From Paraspadella gotoi (Eukaryota; Animalia; Chaetognatha): 64,000 bases of DNA. The position numbers were made by a program, and so were the translations under genes. How positions within the stretch are numbered: the first letter of the stretch is position 1; every line of letters begins with the position of its first letter. This document shows positions 11,604 through 24,581 of this stretch, piece after piece. The stretch is taken from assembly GCA_051294375.1 (NCBI GenBank), contig CM119263.1:5206740-5270739 (forward strand), given 5' to 3'. A model generated the notes under the pieces. The model worked only from the letters and a program-made list of their open reading frames with translations, was not told the DNA's origin and made no database searches.

Positions 11604-13113
11604 TTAATTCTGCTTCTGGAAATAGGAAAGACTTTCCTGGGTGCTGGGTTTCATCGTGGCGGCGCCGGGCTTCCAACCCGCGGGGCACACCTCCCCGTTT
11701 TCGTCGGTGAATTGGAATGCCTGGGGATTTTGAGAAGAAGAGGGCGAATGAATAATCTCTGCCTGAAAAATCAGGACAATCCATTTTCGATCACCTGAAC
11801 TAAACGAAGTGTTTCGTCGACGGATCTCCCGACCGGGAGATCGTTGATGGTGATTTGCCGAAGATTCTGCGACCAAAATAAAACATTTCAATCACAGTTT
11901 ATCCTTCAATCCTGTTATAAATCACAGCTCTGTGGCGAATCAGAAATTCGCCTCCCATATAGGCTCAGCTCGTTAACCAAACGTGAGTTATCGGTTCAAT
12001 CACTTCACAGTTATGCTGGTTAAGTGTGATGGTGTCGGCATAAACACCCCAGAGATATGGGGGAGTCACTGCAGGTCCAAAGCCCAGAGCGCCAGCTGGT
12101 CACACCCTGGGTATCACACATGTCTCTCTCTCATTGTTTATTCCATAAGTAAATCACACTTGGTGGCGAATCCTAAAGTCGCCTCCATATAGCTTGGTAA
12201 AACTCTTGTAAAACGCTTGTCTCATTGGCTAGGACAGCTAAGTACTCATTCAATAACTATGAGTTCCGGGTTCAATCCCCGCACGGTCACGCTGCTTCAG
12301 TGTGATGGGGTCGGCATAAACAGGTGTCGGGAGATGCCTCACGCCCCGGGCATCACAAGTGTCTCCCCGTTGCCATAACTTCATTCTTCATACCCTCCAC
12401 TATAGATGGTCTAAAAAAAAATCACCTGCTTGTCATCGATGATAAAAAGTCCGCGAAAAGCGATTCCCTCGTCCTCCTTCATTACACCGTAACTATGTAG
12501 AGGAAAATGAAATGAATGAATTAAAACAAATGAAGGAAACAGAATGAAAGAGTTAATTTGCGGCAAAAATGAAACGGACCGCTTTGCAATGTCCCCCGTT
12601 TTGTCGGCCAAGAGAGGAATCTTCATGTTGCCGAGTCCCCCTTGCTTGCGTGGCGTGTTGACCCAAGCCAAATGGGAAAAGTGAGAATCTGGAATGAGGT
12701 CAGATTCAGGTCATTCACCAATTTAAATGTTAATCATTTTATTTACTCACCCGTCGAAGCCGCGACGACCTCACAGTTAATTTCTCGAAATTCTTGAACC
12801 CTGAATGTTTTGCAAATTATTTTAAGTTCGAAATTACATTTAATTTTAATGACATGATTTATACCTATCGGAGAATGCGATAATTTCAGTCGGGCAAACG
12901 AAGGTGAAATCAAGAGGATAAAAGAAGAACACCAAATATTTTCCATTATAATCCTGAAAACGAGAAAAGAGTTTGAACCAGACACAATATTTTGTAAAGT
13001 ACATTGAATTATAAAGTAGAGAATACCTTGAGAGAGATTTTCTTAAAATCACCGTCGACGACGGCGGTGCCGCTGAACTCCGGAGCGTGTTTGCCGATGG
13101 CCAGATGATTCAT
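11604..13113 (-). CDS. PRDX1: Typical 2-Cys peroxiredoxin (PRDX1/2-like), multi-exon
   Basis: [15 protein letters not shown] (peroxidatic Cys), [33 protein letters not shown] (resolving Cys), C-terminal YF motif. Confidence 0.93.
11931..12147 (+). mobile_element. Degenerate solo LTR, family B, in a PRDX intron
   Basis: TGTGGCGAATCAGAAATTCGCC 5' hairpin and homology to 4317-4560; the 3' end is decayed. Confidence 0.65.
12162..12377 (+). mobile_element. Solo LTR, family B, in a PRDX intron
   Basis: GGTGGCGAAT...GTTGCCATA with 4-bp TSD ACTT; B-box GGGTTCAATCCC. Confidence 0.78.
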
Positions 13114-13573
13114 TTTCTTTGGATTTGATTGTAAAAATGATTAATTCTAAAAAATATCACAAAAAACATTGATATAATAAATTCTTTCTTTATATATATA
13201 AAAATATTAGGAAAAACAGTTTTTAAGGTCAACAACGATTTATTATTTATTTATTCAGCTGAAGAAGACTCTTAATAAAGAGTTGAAACTTGTCCGACTT
13301 ATATCCAATAATAAATCGTTGTTGACCTTAAAAACTGTTTTTCCTAATTTACAAACACAACGAAAAGAAAGAATCATAACAATATAAAAATATTTAAAAT
13401 GCCCACCGCGAATACATTTTTTAACAATTAAAAGGCAACAAATAACGATTACAGGACGATTGTAGTTAAAACGAATATTCGCCACTTTTAAGCGCTAATC
13501 ATCAAATCCATCAAAATAATTGACCAAGCAAAATTTTTTCCGAAAAAACCCATATCAAATTTATCGAATAATA

Positions 13574-14046
13574 CTATCTATGAAAAAAGTATATCACATT
13601 TTTAGTCAAGGATATCTACTCAAAAGGGTTATTTGATTTAAAAAAAAATTAAAATGTTTCCAAATTTACAGTGAATTTTTTTTCAGTAGCTTCCTTTCAA
13701 AAAGATTGTTACTTCAAATAAAAAATAGGGAAAAAAATCATATTTAGTTTTTTACCATTTTTGATATTTAGATATCTGTTTTTATTTTAAATAAAATTAA
13801 TTATTTTAAAAATTTTTATTTTATTTTGATAATGCTAAAAGCATTACACCTCTTTTTGGTTCAAAAAAATACTATTATAGCTTTCAGAAAAGAGGGAAAG
13901 ACGCGCGACATCAATATCGAGACTGAAAAGAATTGCGTTAAAGATGTGGCAAAACATTTCACTGTTATTTTACTAATATTTTATATATTTTTTATTGAAT
14001 AAATACACTTTTCAACAATTATGTGATATACTTTTTTCCTAGATAG
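13574..14046. mobile_element. TA-flanked MITE with ~26-bp TIRs (CTATCTAKGAAAAAAGTATATCACAT)
   Basis: Inverted termini with TA on both sides; a second copy in opposite orientation spans 53711-54880. Confidence 0.75.
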
Positions 14047-14107
14047 TACGAATAAAGTTTTGCCTAAACAAGCATCGTGATTCGCGTTCCGTATTTTTTC
14101 CCGAAAA

Positions 14108-17100
14108 TCAAAAGAGTCGATCGAGATATTTTCTCGCGCTGTTGACGCCATCCTTCCAACTGGTGGCGATGGCGTTGTTCTCTTGATACGCCGCGGCGGC
14201 GCCGAGACACGCGCCGAGTCCGCCGGCCCGGTGACAATTCTCTCCGCCGCAATTGGCGTTCATGAGGACGGCGGAAGAGAAATCCTCAGGGAAACCTGGA
14301 TATCGGGTGAGAAAAAAAGATTTAATTCTTGTTCCCAATCGGCTTTTGAAATTCTTCAGCCGATCTCGCGTCGTTCTTCTCTACCGGCAGCGATGAGAAG
14401 CATCGACGTCAGGGACCCGGGGACGGCGCAGGGCAATCCCAGGTCGTCCACTCCTTTTTGAAAGATCTTGATCGTGGCTTCGGATCGAGCATCGGTTCCT
14501 CGTACATTCTTCAACACGCCCTCCGCGTAGTCGGCCTTCCCCAGCAGCGTCAGAGCCTCCATCGCCAGCCGCTGCAGAGATTCGCCGTGAAGAGTTTTGT
14601 AGAGAAGTCGAGAGAAGACGGCGACGCTTTCGTCGTTTTGCGCCAGAGGGTGAGTGAGATGGCACCTGTCGATGAAGAGCATCTACCTGCTGCATCTGCG
14701 ATTTTATCCGAACTGATAAAAAGATTCCTACCAGTCAAGGGCCGAAGCGACGCAATATGCCTCGTCTCTGTGCGCGTTGTGCAAAACCCATGGAATCGCC
14801 ATCATGAGGCAACTGATGCCAGTGAGAGGATAATCCGCTTCACCGGACATTTTGCGTTGGGATCGTGTCTCCGCGAAAAACAGGAGTTCCTTCGCTGATA
14901 ATGGAAGGAGAATTTAGGGTCGCAAATAGATAATGCATATTGTATAATTAATTATAAGGAATGCAATATCATTCAGTACGAGATAATATTAGGATTGAAG
15001 CCCTCGTTCAATAAGCTTTTACTTAGTCTTAGAACAAAAATCTTTTTCCTCCTCAATGGGAAGGATTAATCGAGAAATTGGATCGATTAAAAATCCCATT
15101 GAACTGAATAATGGACATTTCAAGTCCCGCGAACCTGAAGTAGGTTTTCCCTCCAAGATCCAATCTTGAAAGAAGCCTCGAATGAAGGATTCGGCGAAAG
15201 AGTCGTTGTGGCTTCCGGGCGTCGTGAGGAAAGTCACGAGCGACTCCAACGCCTTCCCACGTAGGAGGCGCTGGTCTTCGCAGTCGCCGTTCGGGTCCGA
15301 GTCGCGAAGAGACTAAAATATTTAATAAGATTTAGTTCTTTTAACAATAAAAATATTCTTCTCATTATGAACTCAAAACTTTAAAATGAAGAGACACTCA
15401 AACACTCTGAGACAGTGATAATTGTTATGTGTTAATGTCATAACCGTTCAATATAAGCAGTCCCTGAGCTTCGCATCAGTCTGTAACACCGTGTTATATG
15501 CGGGTCAAGCCCCCCGTCCCTCTTAACTGCTAGGCGACCACCGAGCTAAAACCACGGACCTTTGGGTTGGGAGGCGAATGACTTCCCTCAGGCTCGAATG
15601 GCCGCTGATGAACGGTTAGTGGATTTTAGTCCACCATAAAAACATAATTAACTGACGAGGAATAATAACATTTTACATTTTACATTTTACATCAAGTAAT
15701 GAAATGAAAATCCATGATTGCCTAATAAAAAAAACAATATGCAAATGAGATTGCTTAAACCGTCTTGTCTTCGTAATCCCCTATTTTTTTTCTTCCTTTT
15801 CTCCTCAATCTCTTCCTCCTCCCAAGAGAATCAAGCGAAAATAAGATTCCCACAATCCTTACCGACACCGCGACTTACCTCCATCATCACCAGGCAGCAG
15901 AGAGAAGTGAGCGTGGAATCTCCGGCTCTCATCCCCACATGATAATGCGTCGTCCTGGATCCCGACGTCCAGATGGGGAGTTTGTCGTGGAGAATGACGG
16001 AGCCGACGACGGACTTGGGTTTGGAGGGGTCGTCGATCTTGGAGACGCCCATGAAGGAACTCGGGTGGAATTCGCAGGGGGCGAGATAGTCTGGGAAAAC
16101 AAGAGGGGCGGAGAGGGGGGGGGAATTGAAGTTCCACGCAACCCGAGGAGTCCGTTTACGTTTACAAATACGTTAATACTAACTACATAATATGTCTTTA
16201 GATTGTTTCAAACCCTGCATTCAAACCTGGACATGAACTTTTGCCAAATGCTGGAATGAAAATAACTTACAGAAGGCATCATATTATAAAATGTGGTACT
16301 CCTTTTTTGTGACCAGAATCTGTTCCTACCAAACTACCTGATCGAATTTCATGAAATTTTACATTTAGAGTCTTAATGACGATATAAAGGGAACTATCGA
16401 GGCGAATTTAAATATTCAACCCCTGACAAGAGATACAGGGCCCTGGGGGTGGACCCTTGGGGGGCCAAAAAAAAATCAGGTGCATTTACGTTTTAAATAT
16501 ATAAAAAAACATTTAAAACTAAAATTGAAAAATTTTCAATAATTAAGAATAGTTTGAAGATGCATGGTTCAAGTCAGTTTTGGAATAATTTTGGAAAATT
16601 GGAAGTAAAATGATGAACTGCTGATGTTCATGAAGCTGAAAATTAAGGTAAACTTTTGGCGGTATATTCACACCGCCTCACGTCCACCATCCGTCAGCCA
16701 AATCCATTGGCTCAGAGGGGGAACACACCATCCCAGGCGTAGTGTTCCATCCACAGTCCTAACGACTTCCCTCTGCGTTGGCAAAGCGAGACCGTCCTAG
16801 GGTAACCGCGCCAGTGACTGGAGGCGTCACTGAGGGTCGGAAGCCCCCAAAGCCAACAGTGAGATGCCCCATCCCAATGGGCATCACAGGCAACCCGGCT
16901 GTTGCCATAAACTAATATTTCTGTGATAATTAATATGTTTTTGTGGACAAGTAAACGTCTATGCAACATTTTAAAACAAAAATAATTTAAAAATTTAAAA
17001 AAATTTTTGACCATTTATTGCCCCTGAGGGGCCCCATATCTCGGCTCAGGGGTCAAATATTGAAATTCGCCTCGATAGTTCTATTTATATTCACATAGGG

Positions 17101-18089
17101 ATCGTTCATACTAAATTTCAGTAAATTTGGTCCAGTAGTTTCCTCGGAGCGTGTTCTGGTCACAAAAAAGAGATACTATGGCAACGGGAGGATAGCCTGT
17201 GATACCCGGGGCGCGGGGTATCTCACCAACTGGCGTAGGGGCTGCGGACCCTCAGTGACCGCCTCCTGTCACTGGCATGTTTATACCGGCACCGTCACAT
17301 TTAAGCCAGAACCGGGATACCCAGGGATTGAACCCGGGACGCACGGATGGAATGAGATGATTTAGCCTGCTCAGCCATTGAGACAAGGCTGAGGACGGAC
17401 AGCAGTGAGGCAGCTTTAAGTCTTGCTGCCACAATACCACATTTTATAATATGAAGCCTTCTGTATTTCGTTCGTGATTAATCAATAAAACTTTATTTAT
17501 GATGCCTTCGCCGTCCTTACCTTTTGATAAGAACTATATTAGAACACCAATTTCCGCTGAACTTACCCAAGCAGATGCACGCTAAATTGAGGCGAGCTCT
17601 CTATAATAAATTCTGCTCATCACTATTTGGAGGTGTAGCAGTGCCTCGCCGCTGTCTTTTCTCAGCCTCGTCTCAATGGGGCTAAATCGTCTTATCTTAA
17701 CCGTGCGTCCCTGAATATCACAGTTCTGGCGTAAAAGTGACAGTCATTGAGGTTCCGCATCCCTCATTCCAGTTGGTGAGATACCACTGCGACATAGCGG
17801 TTCTTTTTACCAGAAAATAGTTTTAGTAGTTTCAGTACGTAAGACATATCCACAAGAGTTAAATAAATGACCAAAATTTGTATTCCACCTCGATGTAACT
17901 TTAATCTAAATACTACCCAGAGCACGCCTCCATCCCCCATTTACCCGTAATCCATCCGTCGTATCTCTTCTTAATCTCCTCCACTTCGTAGAACCAATGA
18001 ACGGGCATCGAGACTGCATCGGCGATGACCATTCCCCAGACGGCGTCGCGGACGGCGCCACTCAACGCCGCGGATCGCGCCGAACTCAT
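14108..18089 (-). CDS. ADP-ribosylglycohydrolase family protein (crystallin J1/SelJ-related type), multi-exon
   Basis: VWGMVIADAVSMPVHWFY, HYHVGMRAGDSTLT, TTPGSHNDSFAES, LTHP, NANCGGENCHRAGGLGACLGA motifs joined by GT-AG introns. Confidence 0.8.
16655..16909 (+). mobile_element. Solo LTR, family C, nested in a MITE
   Basis: Near-identical to the LTRs of 58732-59470. TSD AACT; the empty site (TAAACTAATATTT) is visible in the MITE copy near 54442. Confidence 0.85.
17177..17433 (-). mobile_element. Solo LTR, family A, nested in the MITE right TIR
   Basis: Reverse-oriented TGTGGC...GTTGCCATA with TSD ATAC; homologous to 3978-4214. Confidence 0.83.
17634..17796 (+). mobile_element. Degenerate, internally deleted family A LTR
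   Basis: Shares CAGCCTCGTCTCAATGG, CCGTGCGTCCC and GTTGGTGAGATACC with family A; flanks GAGG/GCGG. Confidence 0.6.
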
Positions 18090-19481
18090 TATTTTAATTC
18101 CGAGGTCCGATCGAGGGATTCGAATGCAGTTTTCGGCCAAATATCAATTCGTGAGAATCGATCATATCTTCCGAGTTTTTTTTTTCCGAGTGGACGAACC
18201 GGAGCGGCCGGTTCGTGAGTCGGTAATAAAATGTGGAAGGGAATCGATCGAGGAATCTGACATTTCATGAGAGAGGAGAAGAAATCTTGGCTCCTTTGAC
18301 AAAAAGAACAATTTTAGATATTAAGTAAGCGTATCAACACAGATTACAGTAGCAAATTGGCAATATAGATATTACGAGGCACTTCAATAATACCATTTTC
18401 GAGCCAGGATAATAAGGAAACTAAATCGATAATCTGATAAAATTGATTCATTCAGAAGGAATCAAATAAGTGCCTAATGTTTTGTAATTATAATTAAAAT
18501 TATAACCAATATACGAATAAAAGAACAAATAACAGTAACAGTAAGGCGTATAATACCATGAGAAATAGTATTTTATTATATTAAAAAAGATAAGGCGTCA
18601 ATGGTTTTTTTTCCTAAGAAAATTATTATTTGAGTTCGCTCTTTGAAACGAAACAAAAGTTAATTAAGGAATTTTGTGGCAATTTAATTTAAAGGGCGAC
18701 GAACGAAAACAATTCTTTCTCAAACCATAAATTCTAGCTAATTTTTGTGTTTCTTAATTATATTATATTAAGCACATGGAATCGCTATCTATTTTTAATC
18801 ACTCACCAAGACAAAGTTTTCTGAACTAAATAGAATTGGGAAAAAAATGACGATTGAGAATGAGAAAAGCGTTTAATGATGGTGAGATGGATTTCGAGCA
18901 AAAATGGTCATTTAATTTTAAGATACTTTATCATTCTTTTAACTATAAAGGATTTATGAATAAAAATATCAGAATGAAATAACATTCAACAAGTTGTAAT
19001 CGCCTAATCTACTGTTAAACTTAACAAAAACTCTGTAATCTAAATATTTACATCAGGATCGTGAATCTAATAATCCCCCACATATTGTCACAAAATAAAT
19101 GCGTCCACACTGCGGACTGAAAGTCTACATTTCATAGTAAAAAATAAAAAGTTTATGAGCCTCCTTGAGGCCATTATAAATAAAAAGAATAAAAAGGGAA
19201 AAAAATTTATGTTAATAAAATATTTTTCATAATGAATGCAAAAAACATTTTTGCAACAGCAACAATACTTTAGGATCTAAAATAAATTAAAACCGTTGTA
19301 CAATTAAAACTATGTAAAATTAAAATATATTATTATTTTAAGGATCTAAGTTCGATAGACAGAATATAAGGAAATGATCTTTTCCTTTTCCTTCCACCCA
19401 AATAAAGTTAACCCAGGTTACATTAAGAATATAGAGTCCGCTGTCTCTCCACATCCGCTTCCGGTCCACTTCTCATCTGGT

Positions 19482-22400
19482 TTACGTCCGCTTCACGTGT
19501 TTCTGCGAACTCATGGGCGGCGTCAGGAAGGAATCAGTTTTACGAGAGGGTTTGGGAGAAACCGCAGGCGCCAACGATTCTGCCAAAATTGTCATCAATT
19601 TAGTTTTTACAATCCGGTTAAGAAAATTAAATAAAAAGAAAAAAAAATTGAGATACATTTAAAGTTTAAAGCCAGAAATGGTACCATTTTCTTGAGTCTT
19701 TATCGAACGTTGAGTAAGAGCTTTCAATTTGAGCGTTTGTAGCTCAAGTTGCTTAGACTGGGCTGCGTCTAGAAGACTGAGATCCACGGAATGCATCTTA
19801 ATTCGGAATAAGTGAAGGAATGAATGCATGAATAAAATTACAATATCGTCGCAAACGCTTAGCGATTGCGACGATAAAAAAGTTTAGGCTAATTGATGAT
19901 AAAAAAAATTATAGTTTTTACTTGAATGTTATGCTGGTCGTCCTCGGGAATTTCGGGGATGTGACGTCCCGCGTAACCCCCGCGATCCCTCAACGCCATC
20001 GCAAAGGGATTCATCCATTCAACGCAGTCCAAAATGTCCTCGCGTCTCAGACCGGAGACGGAGAGGGCCAAAGGTTCGCTGCCAATCACCAAAGCGCGGG
20101 TTTAAGGGAGGGGGGGCGGTGCCTAAACTCCTCACAAATTAGGATTACTCACCTGGCCATGTGATAGATTGCGGAAGTTGCGACGACGTTGTGAGAAAAC
20201 CTGAGGCAGCCGATATCCATAATACAGAGATCCAAAAGTTGAGCAATCTTAACATTAAAACCAAAGAATTAGTAAAAGATGCCATATACTAAAAGATAAA
20301 TGATTTTAATGTAGAAAGATCAACGGAACCTGAGAAAACGCATGACCAGAATATTGCGGGAAGACGAATTTATCTTTGGAATCTTCAATATTCTCCACGT
20401 TAGTTAATTGCATGTAAACGTTTAACCATCCATTGACAGTTATTGGACTGAGGTCCCAGCTTAAAGCCTAAGAACCAAAAGGGTATTTCTGTAGGAGTGG
20501 GACTCAGGTTATATGTTACTTGCATCTTCAGTGATAGTGCTCTCGCTGCCTTTCTAATTTACCTGAGATTTATTACAATAGCTCAACAACTAAATACAAA
20601 TAGAAATATAATTTAGCTTATAATTATTGTTTATTTAATAAAACTTTTCAACACTTAATACATTGAGCAAGGACTTCAGAGATCTTGGACTCTAACATGA
20701 GAGTACTTCCCTTGATCCAAGCTGACCATTGATTTCACATTGGAATAATATGAGTTATGAAAAGATCAGCCTGGATAGAAATAAACTCTCAATCATTAAT
20801 GACATAATTATTCTATCAAATTATCACAAAATTATCTATGAATCAATTAAACTACTAAACAATATAGAAAAAAATATGCCTAATAATAATACTGTACTAA
20901 AATCAATTTGACTTAAAATGATTTACTACTATATGCAAATCAGATTGATGAAATCTCAATCTCATTTAGTATTATTCTAAGAATCTATCTCTTATATTTC
21001 CGTAAATTTGTTAAACTAATTACACTAAACAATAGAGCGTAGTGAAAGTTACATACGAAAATGTATTATAAAATTTTTTTTATACATAAATGTTCATTAG
21101 TATAATGTTGTTCGTTCCTCACTTTTAGAATTTCAATTAAAGTTAAATTTAGAATTTTTCCTACGCTTTACTAAACAATAATTACCTTCAGCATCAAAAG
21201 CTCTTGCTGCAATATTTCTTCCTCCGTACAGGCACCATCGGTAACATAAGCAAATTCAATCAATTTGGGCGGATAAATTTCTTCAATTTTAGAAGCGACA
21301 AAAAGAGCGGTAATTCCGATTAATTGCAACAGTTGTTTTGGGATATTATCCTGAAATAAATGTAATAAAATTAAATGTGATTTTCAAACGCAAAATTTTT
21401 TTTAACAAAACGAGTATTTTAATAATTAACAATCAAATTGAAACAGTTTAGAGCTTGCCTTTTGCGTTAGGTATCGATCGACGAAATCAACAGCCATGTA
21501 AAAAGTTTCCCGGTGAAGTTTGTAAACCTCGCAGACCTCGGTGAGCCAATCGAGCAAAATCGATCTCATTCGCGCCTGAAGACTAAAAAATAAAGTTCTC
21601 CCTTCAACAAATTGAATTGGTGATAGTTCTAGAGATGGACTTTTGATTTAATGGAAAATGGCATCTCATCTCATTTGTCGAGTTGACGTTGATTCAATGT
21701 GAATGCGGTACTTCTGTCATTTCTTGGTCTTAGTTAGTAAATACACACATATCCTTAGTATAGCAATTGATTGGTTAGAGAGTTTTCGAAAATTTAGCAT
21801 TATTAAGCACCTCTTTATTACAACAAAACGATAAACCCCCCTGACCAACCTTGGATGCTTTTTAAGAACTTCCGAGTCCCTCGCGTACATCCTCTCCTTC
21901 TGCAACATGACGAGCCAAACTTCCTCGGGATCCGCCCAAGCAAGAACCGGGAGCGGAGACTTACAAAGTCGATTCACGGGGAAAAGAAACTTCTTTCTTT
22001 TCTCCTCGATTTGAAAGGGAAGGGGTGCGTAAGACCGGGGACCTTGGATCTCCCTCAAAGGCGAATGCTGTTGGAAATATTAAAAAACGTGCTTAATAAA
22101 CCGAAGAACTCCAGCTCAAATTCACCCGGAGGCCTGTCATGCGATTGTATTTACCTTGGCAGGAATAAACTCTTTATTGGCGGAAGCACCTTCGATCTGA
22201 TCGACTGGGGTGGTTTGACTAAGTCTGACACAGGATGTGGCGAGGAGTGCGGATGCGCTGGAATCATCCGAGGAAGTCTCTAAAGATTTATCGCCCTTTC
22301 GTTGCCTTGACGACGAAAGGCGCGGTTGAGACGCGTCTTGCGCGTCGCTAAATTGAAAGCACGATTCGGCCGAGCTTCTTCGTGAATCGAGGGAATGCGT

Positions 22401-23779
22401 AGAATCGGTGGAGAGGCGTCCGCGGCTTTAAGAGAAGAGTCAGGACCTCTTTCGTATTAGGAATAAAATTGGAGACTTAAAATTGTTCTAAATCGACTTC
22501 CACTCACCTGATAAATGCAAGATTTTCCATGTCTTGAACCGAAATGACAGGGTCGAACTCTTTACCGGACCCATTGCCTTCAGGCGGGCGGTTCTCGTCA
22601 GAAACTTGGGAACAGTCTTCTGGAAGGCTATCGACTGTCAAAGAAGCGGAAATGTTTGGGCAGCGAGGTTCGAGGACAGCGACCGGTCTGACCTCTTTAC
22701 TCTCACTTCGAGGAGGTGAAGCACTAGATGTTGGATTTTTTGAGCCCGAAGGTGTTGAAGGCTTCGAAGCCAAAGATTTTGGAGGCTTAGATTCCAATGT
22801 AGGATTCGAGTTCAAAACTGTGGAGTTTATGTTTTCGAATTTTGACTTGGATTTCCTCCGCGACGAGGTTGTTATTGTTGTCGCAGTTTGAGGTCGAGTA
22901 GCCTTCGGTAGGAAAGCCGATGTTGCGGGCGCAACAAATTCGTTAGAAGTTGGTTTTTCCATTTCAGAAGAATGCCTAATACCATGTTAATGAGTTTAAT
23001 TAAGCACCATTGTGGTGGTATATTCACACCGCCTCACATCTACGATCGTTCAGCCAATACCATTGGCTCAAAGGGGGAACACACCATCCCAGGCGTTGTG
23101 TTCCATCCACAGTCCTAATGACTTCCCTCTGTGTTGGCAAAGCGAGACCGTCCTAGGGAAACCGCGCCAGTGACTGGATGCGTCACTGAGGGTCAGAAGC
23201 CCCCAAAGCCAACAGTGAGATGCCCCATCACAATGGGCATCACAATGGGCATCACAGGCAACCCGGCTGTTGCCATACCATGCTATTTTATAAAAATGGT
23301 ACAAGTGTGAAATCTTATTTCAACCACTATTGTCATAGAAAATAATCTTACTCGGTCCGTTCGGTAGCGATCGGAATCCAACCAGTCTTCTTCGTCGTTG
23401 TTGTTGTGATTGATGTCTCCTTCGGCCGTCGCTTGGAGTCTTCGGATCGAACCTCGTCCACGGACAGCGACGCCTTCCGTTTCCGGCGTCGAGACGAAGA
23501 GTCCGCGTTTTGTTTCGAGTTCGAGAATCCGCCGATCTGTTGCGCGGACGCGGTAGGCGCGGCTCCTGCTGCAGCGCAAGTAACGTCGCCTGCCACTGCG
23601 CCTTCATCGCTTCCCGCCAGTCGAATTGATTCGTTTTTTTGGTCGGAGATAGTAAGTTGCTCAGTGTGACGCAGCAGCATTTGTGGAATCGACAATTGGC
23701 GTCCTCGTCTTTGGTCATTGGAGTCGTTTACGGCGGCGGCGTTGCGCCGAGTCGCCGTCCTAGTCACTCGACGGGACAT
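19482..23779 (-). CDS. CCNE: G1/S cyclin E, multi-exon
   Basis: [86 protein letters not shown], and C-terminal Fbw7 degron FLTPPMS. One intron (21351-21458) has a GC donor. Confidence 0.92.
19838..19880. repeat. 43-bp dispersed palindromic repeat, identical copy at 40893-40935
   Basis: TTACAATATCGTCGCAAACGCTTAGCGATTGCGACGATAAAAA occurs at both sites; partial third copy near 41168-41190. Confidence 0.8.
23011..23277 (+). mobile_element. Solo LTR, family C, in cyclin E intron 1
   Basis: TGTGG...GTTGCCATA with TSD CCAT; carries a 12-bp internal duplication (ATCACAATGGGC). Confidence 0.85.
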
Positions 23780-24581
23780 TTCGAATTTTTTACGGCAACT
23801 AGGGTGAATTGATTCCACCGAGACGGGACCGACCCGTGTCAGGAATTGTGGATGGGATTAATACAAGGGGGACAATCGCCTTAAAAAAGGCGATGTTCTC
23901 CCCTCTTAAGTGGAGCTAATTATTGCAGTTTCATTAGTTTTCCTGGGAGAAGTGGGGAACAATAACGTATGTGATTCAAAAACTAAGGACAACAACCAAT
24001 TTTAGTTTAAGCAACAGTTTTTTAACATTTAACACGTATCCCTTTCATATTAATTCTTCTTTCTCAATATTTTCACCAAGCCGTAAATGCAGTGACTGGT
24101 TGCTCAATTACCTTTAAATTTATACATGTAATTCCTGTCTTACAAATAGCTTGTACAGAGTAAATTTAACCTAATTTACCAGGGATATAAGTCATGGTGT
24201 TCTCTTAAAAAATGTAAAGCTTGTTCTAATTTTATCCCGCCTTCTATGCAGACATCCCCGATAATGATGTACAGAAAAAATAGCAGATTTCTAAAATTTT
24301 AATAAAAAAATATAGTAAGCAATGCTTCATGTCAATATTCATTCGCTCTTACATTCACTTTCATTTTTTCATTTTTCCACAGATTCTTGAATCAGATATG
24401 GTTACCAATGGATCAATAATTTATAGAAAACTGGATTTAAATAAGAATTGATAACCAGAATGCCCATACCAACACCGTGATAACAATTGACTTTAATAAT
24501 ATACGTTTTAAGCACTGCGGGAGCAAATGGCATATAATTCTTAAGATATATTTTGGCCATTTTGGAACAATAATTAGTTTT

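Larger units (their letters stand above)
16270..17463. mobile_element. TA-flanked MITE (CAGAAGGC... TIRs, Tc1/mariner-pogo-like) carrying two nested solo LTRs
   Basis: TIR CAGAAGGC(T/A)TCATATTATAAAATGTGGTA with TA TSD; homologous to 44585-45226 and 54037-54749. Confidence 0.82.

Noticed and set aside
21351-21458. Non-canonical splicing or an alternative genetic code as a system-level feature
   Set aside because: Only one GC-AG intron and a few AAG/GAG acceptors were seen; other checked introns are GT-AG and conserved proteins translate with the standard code.
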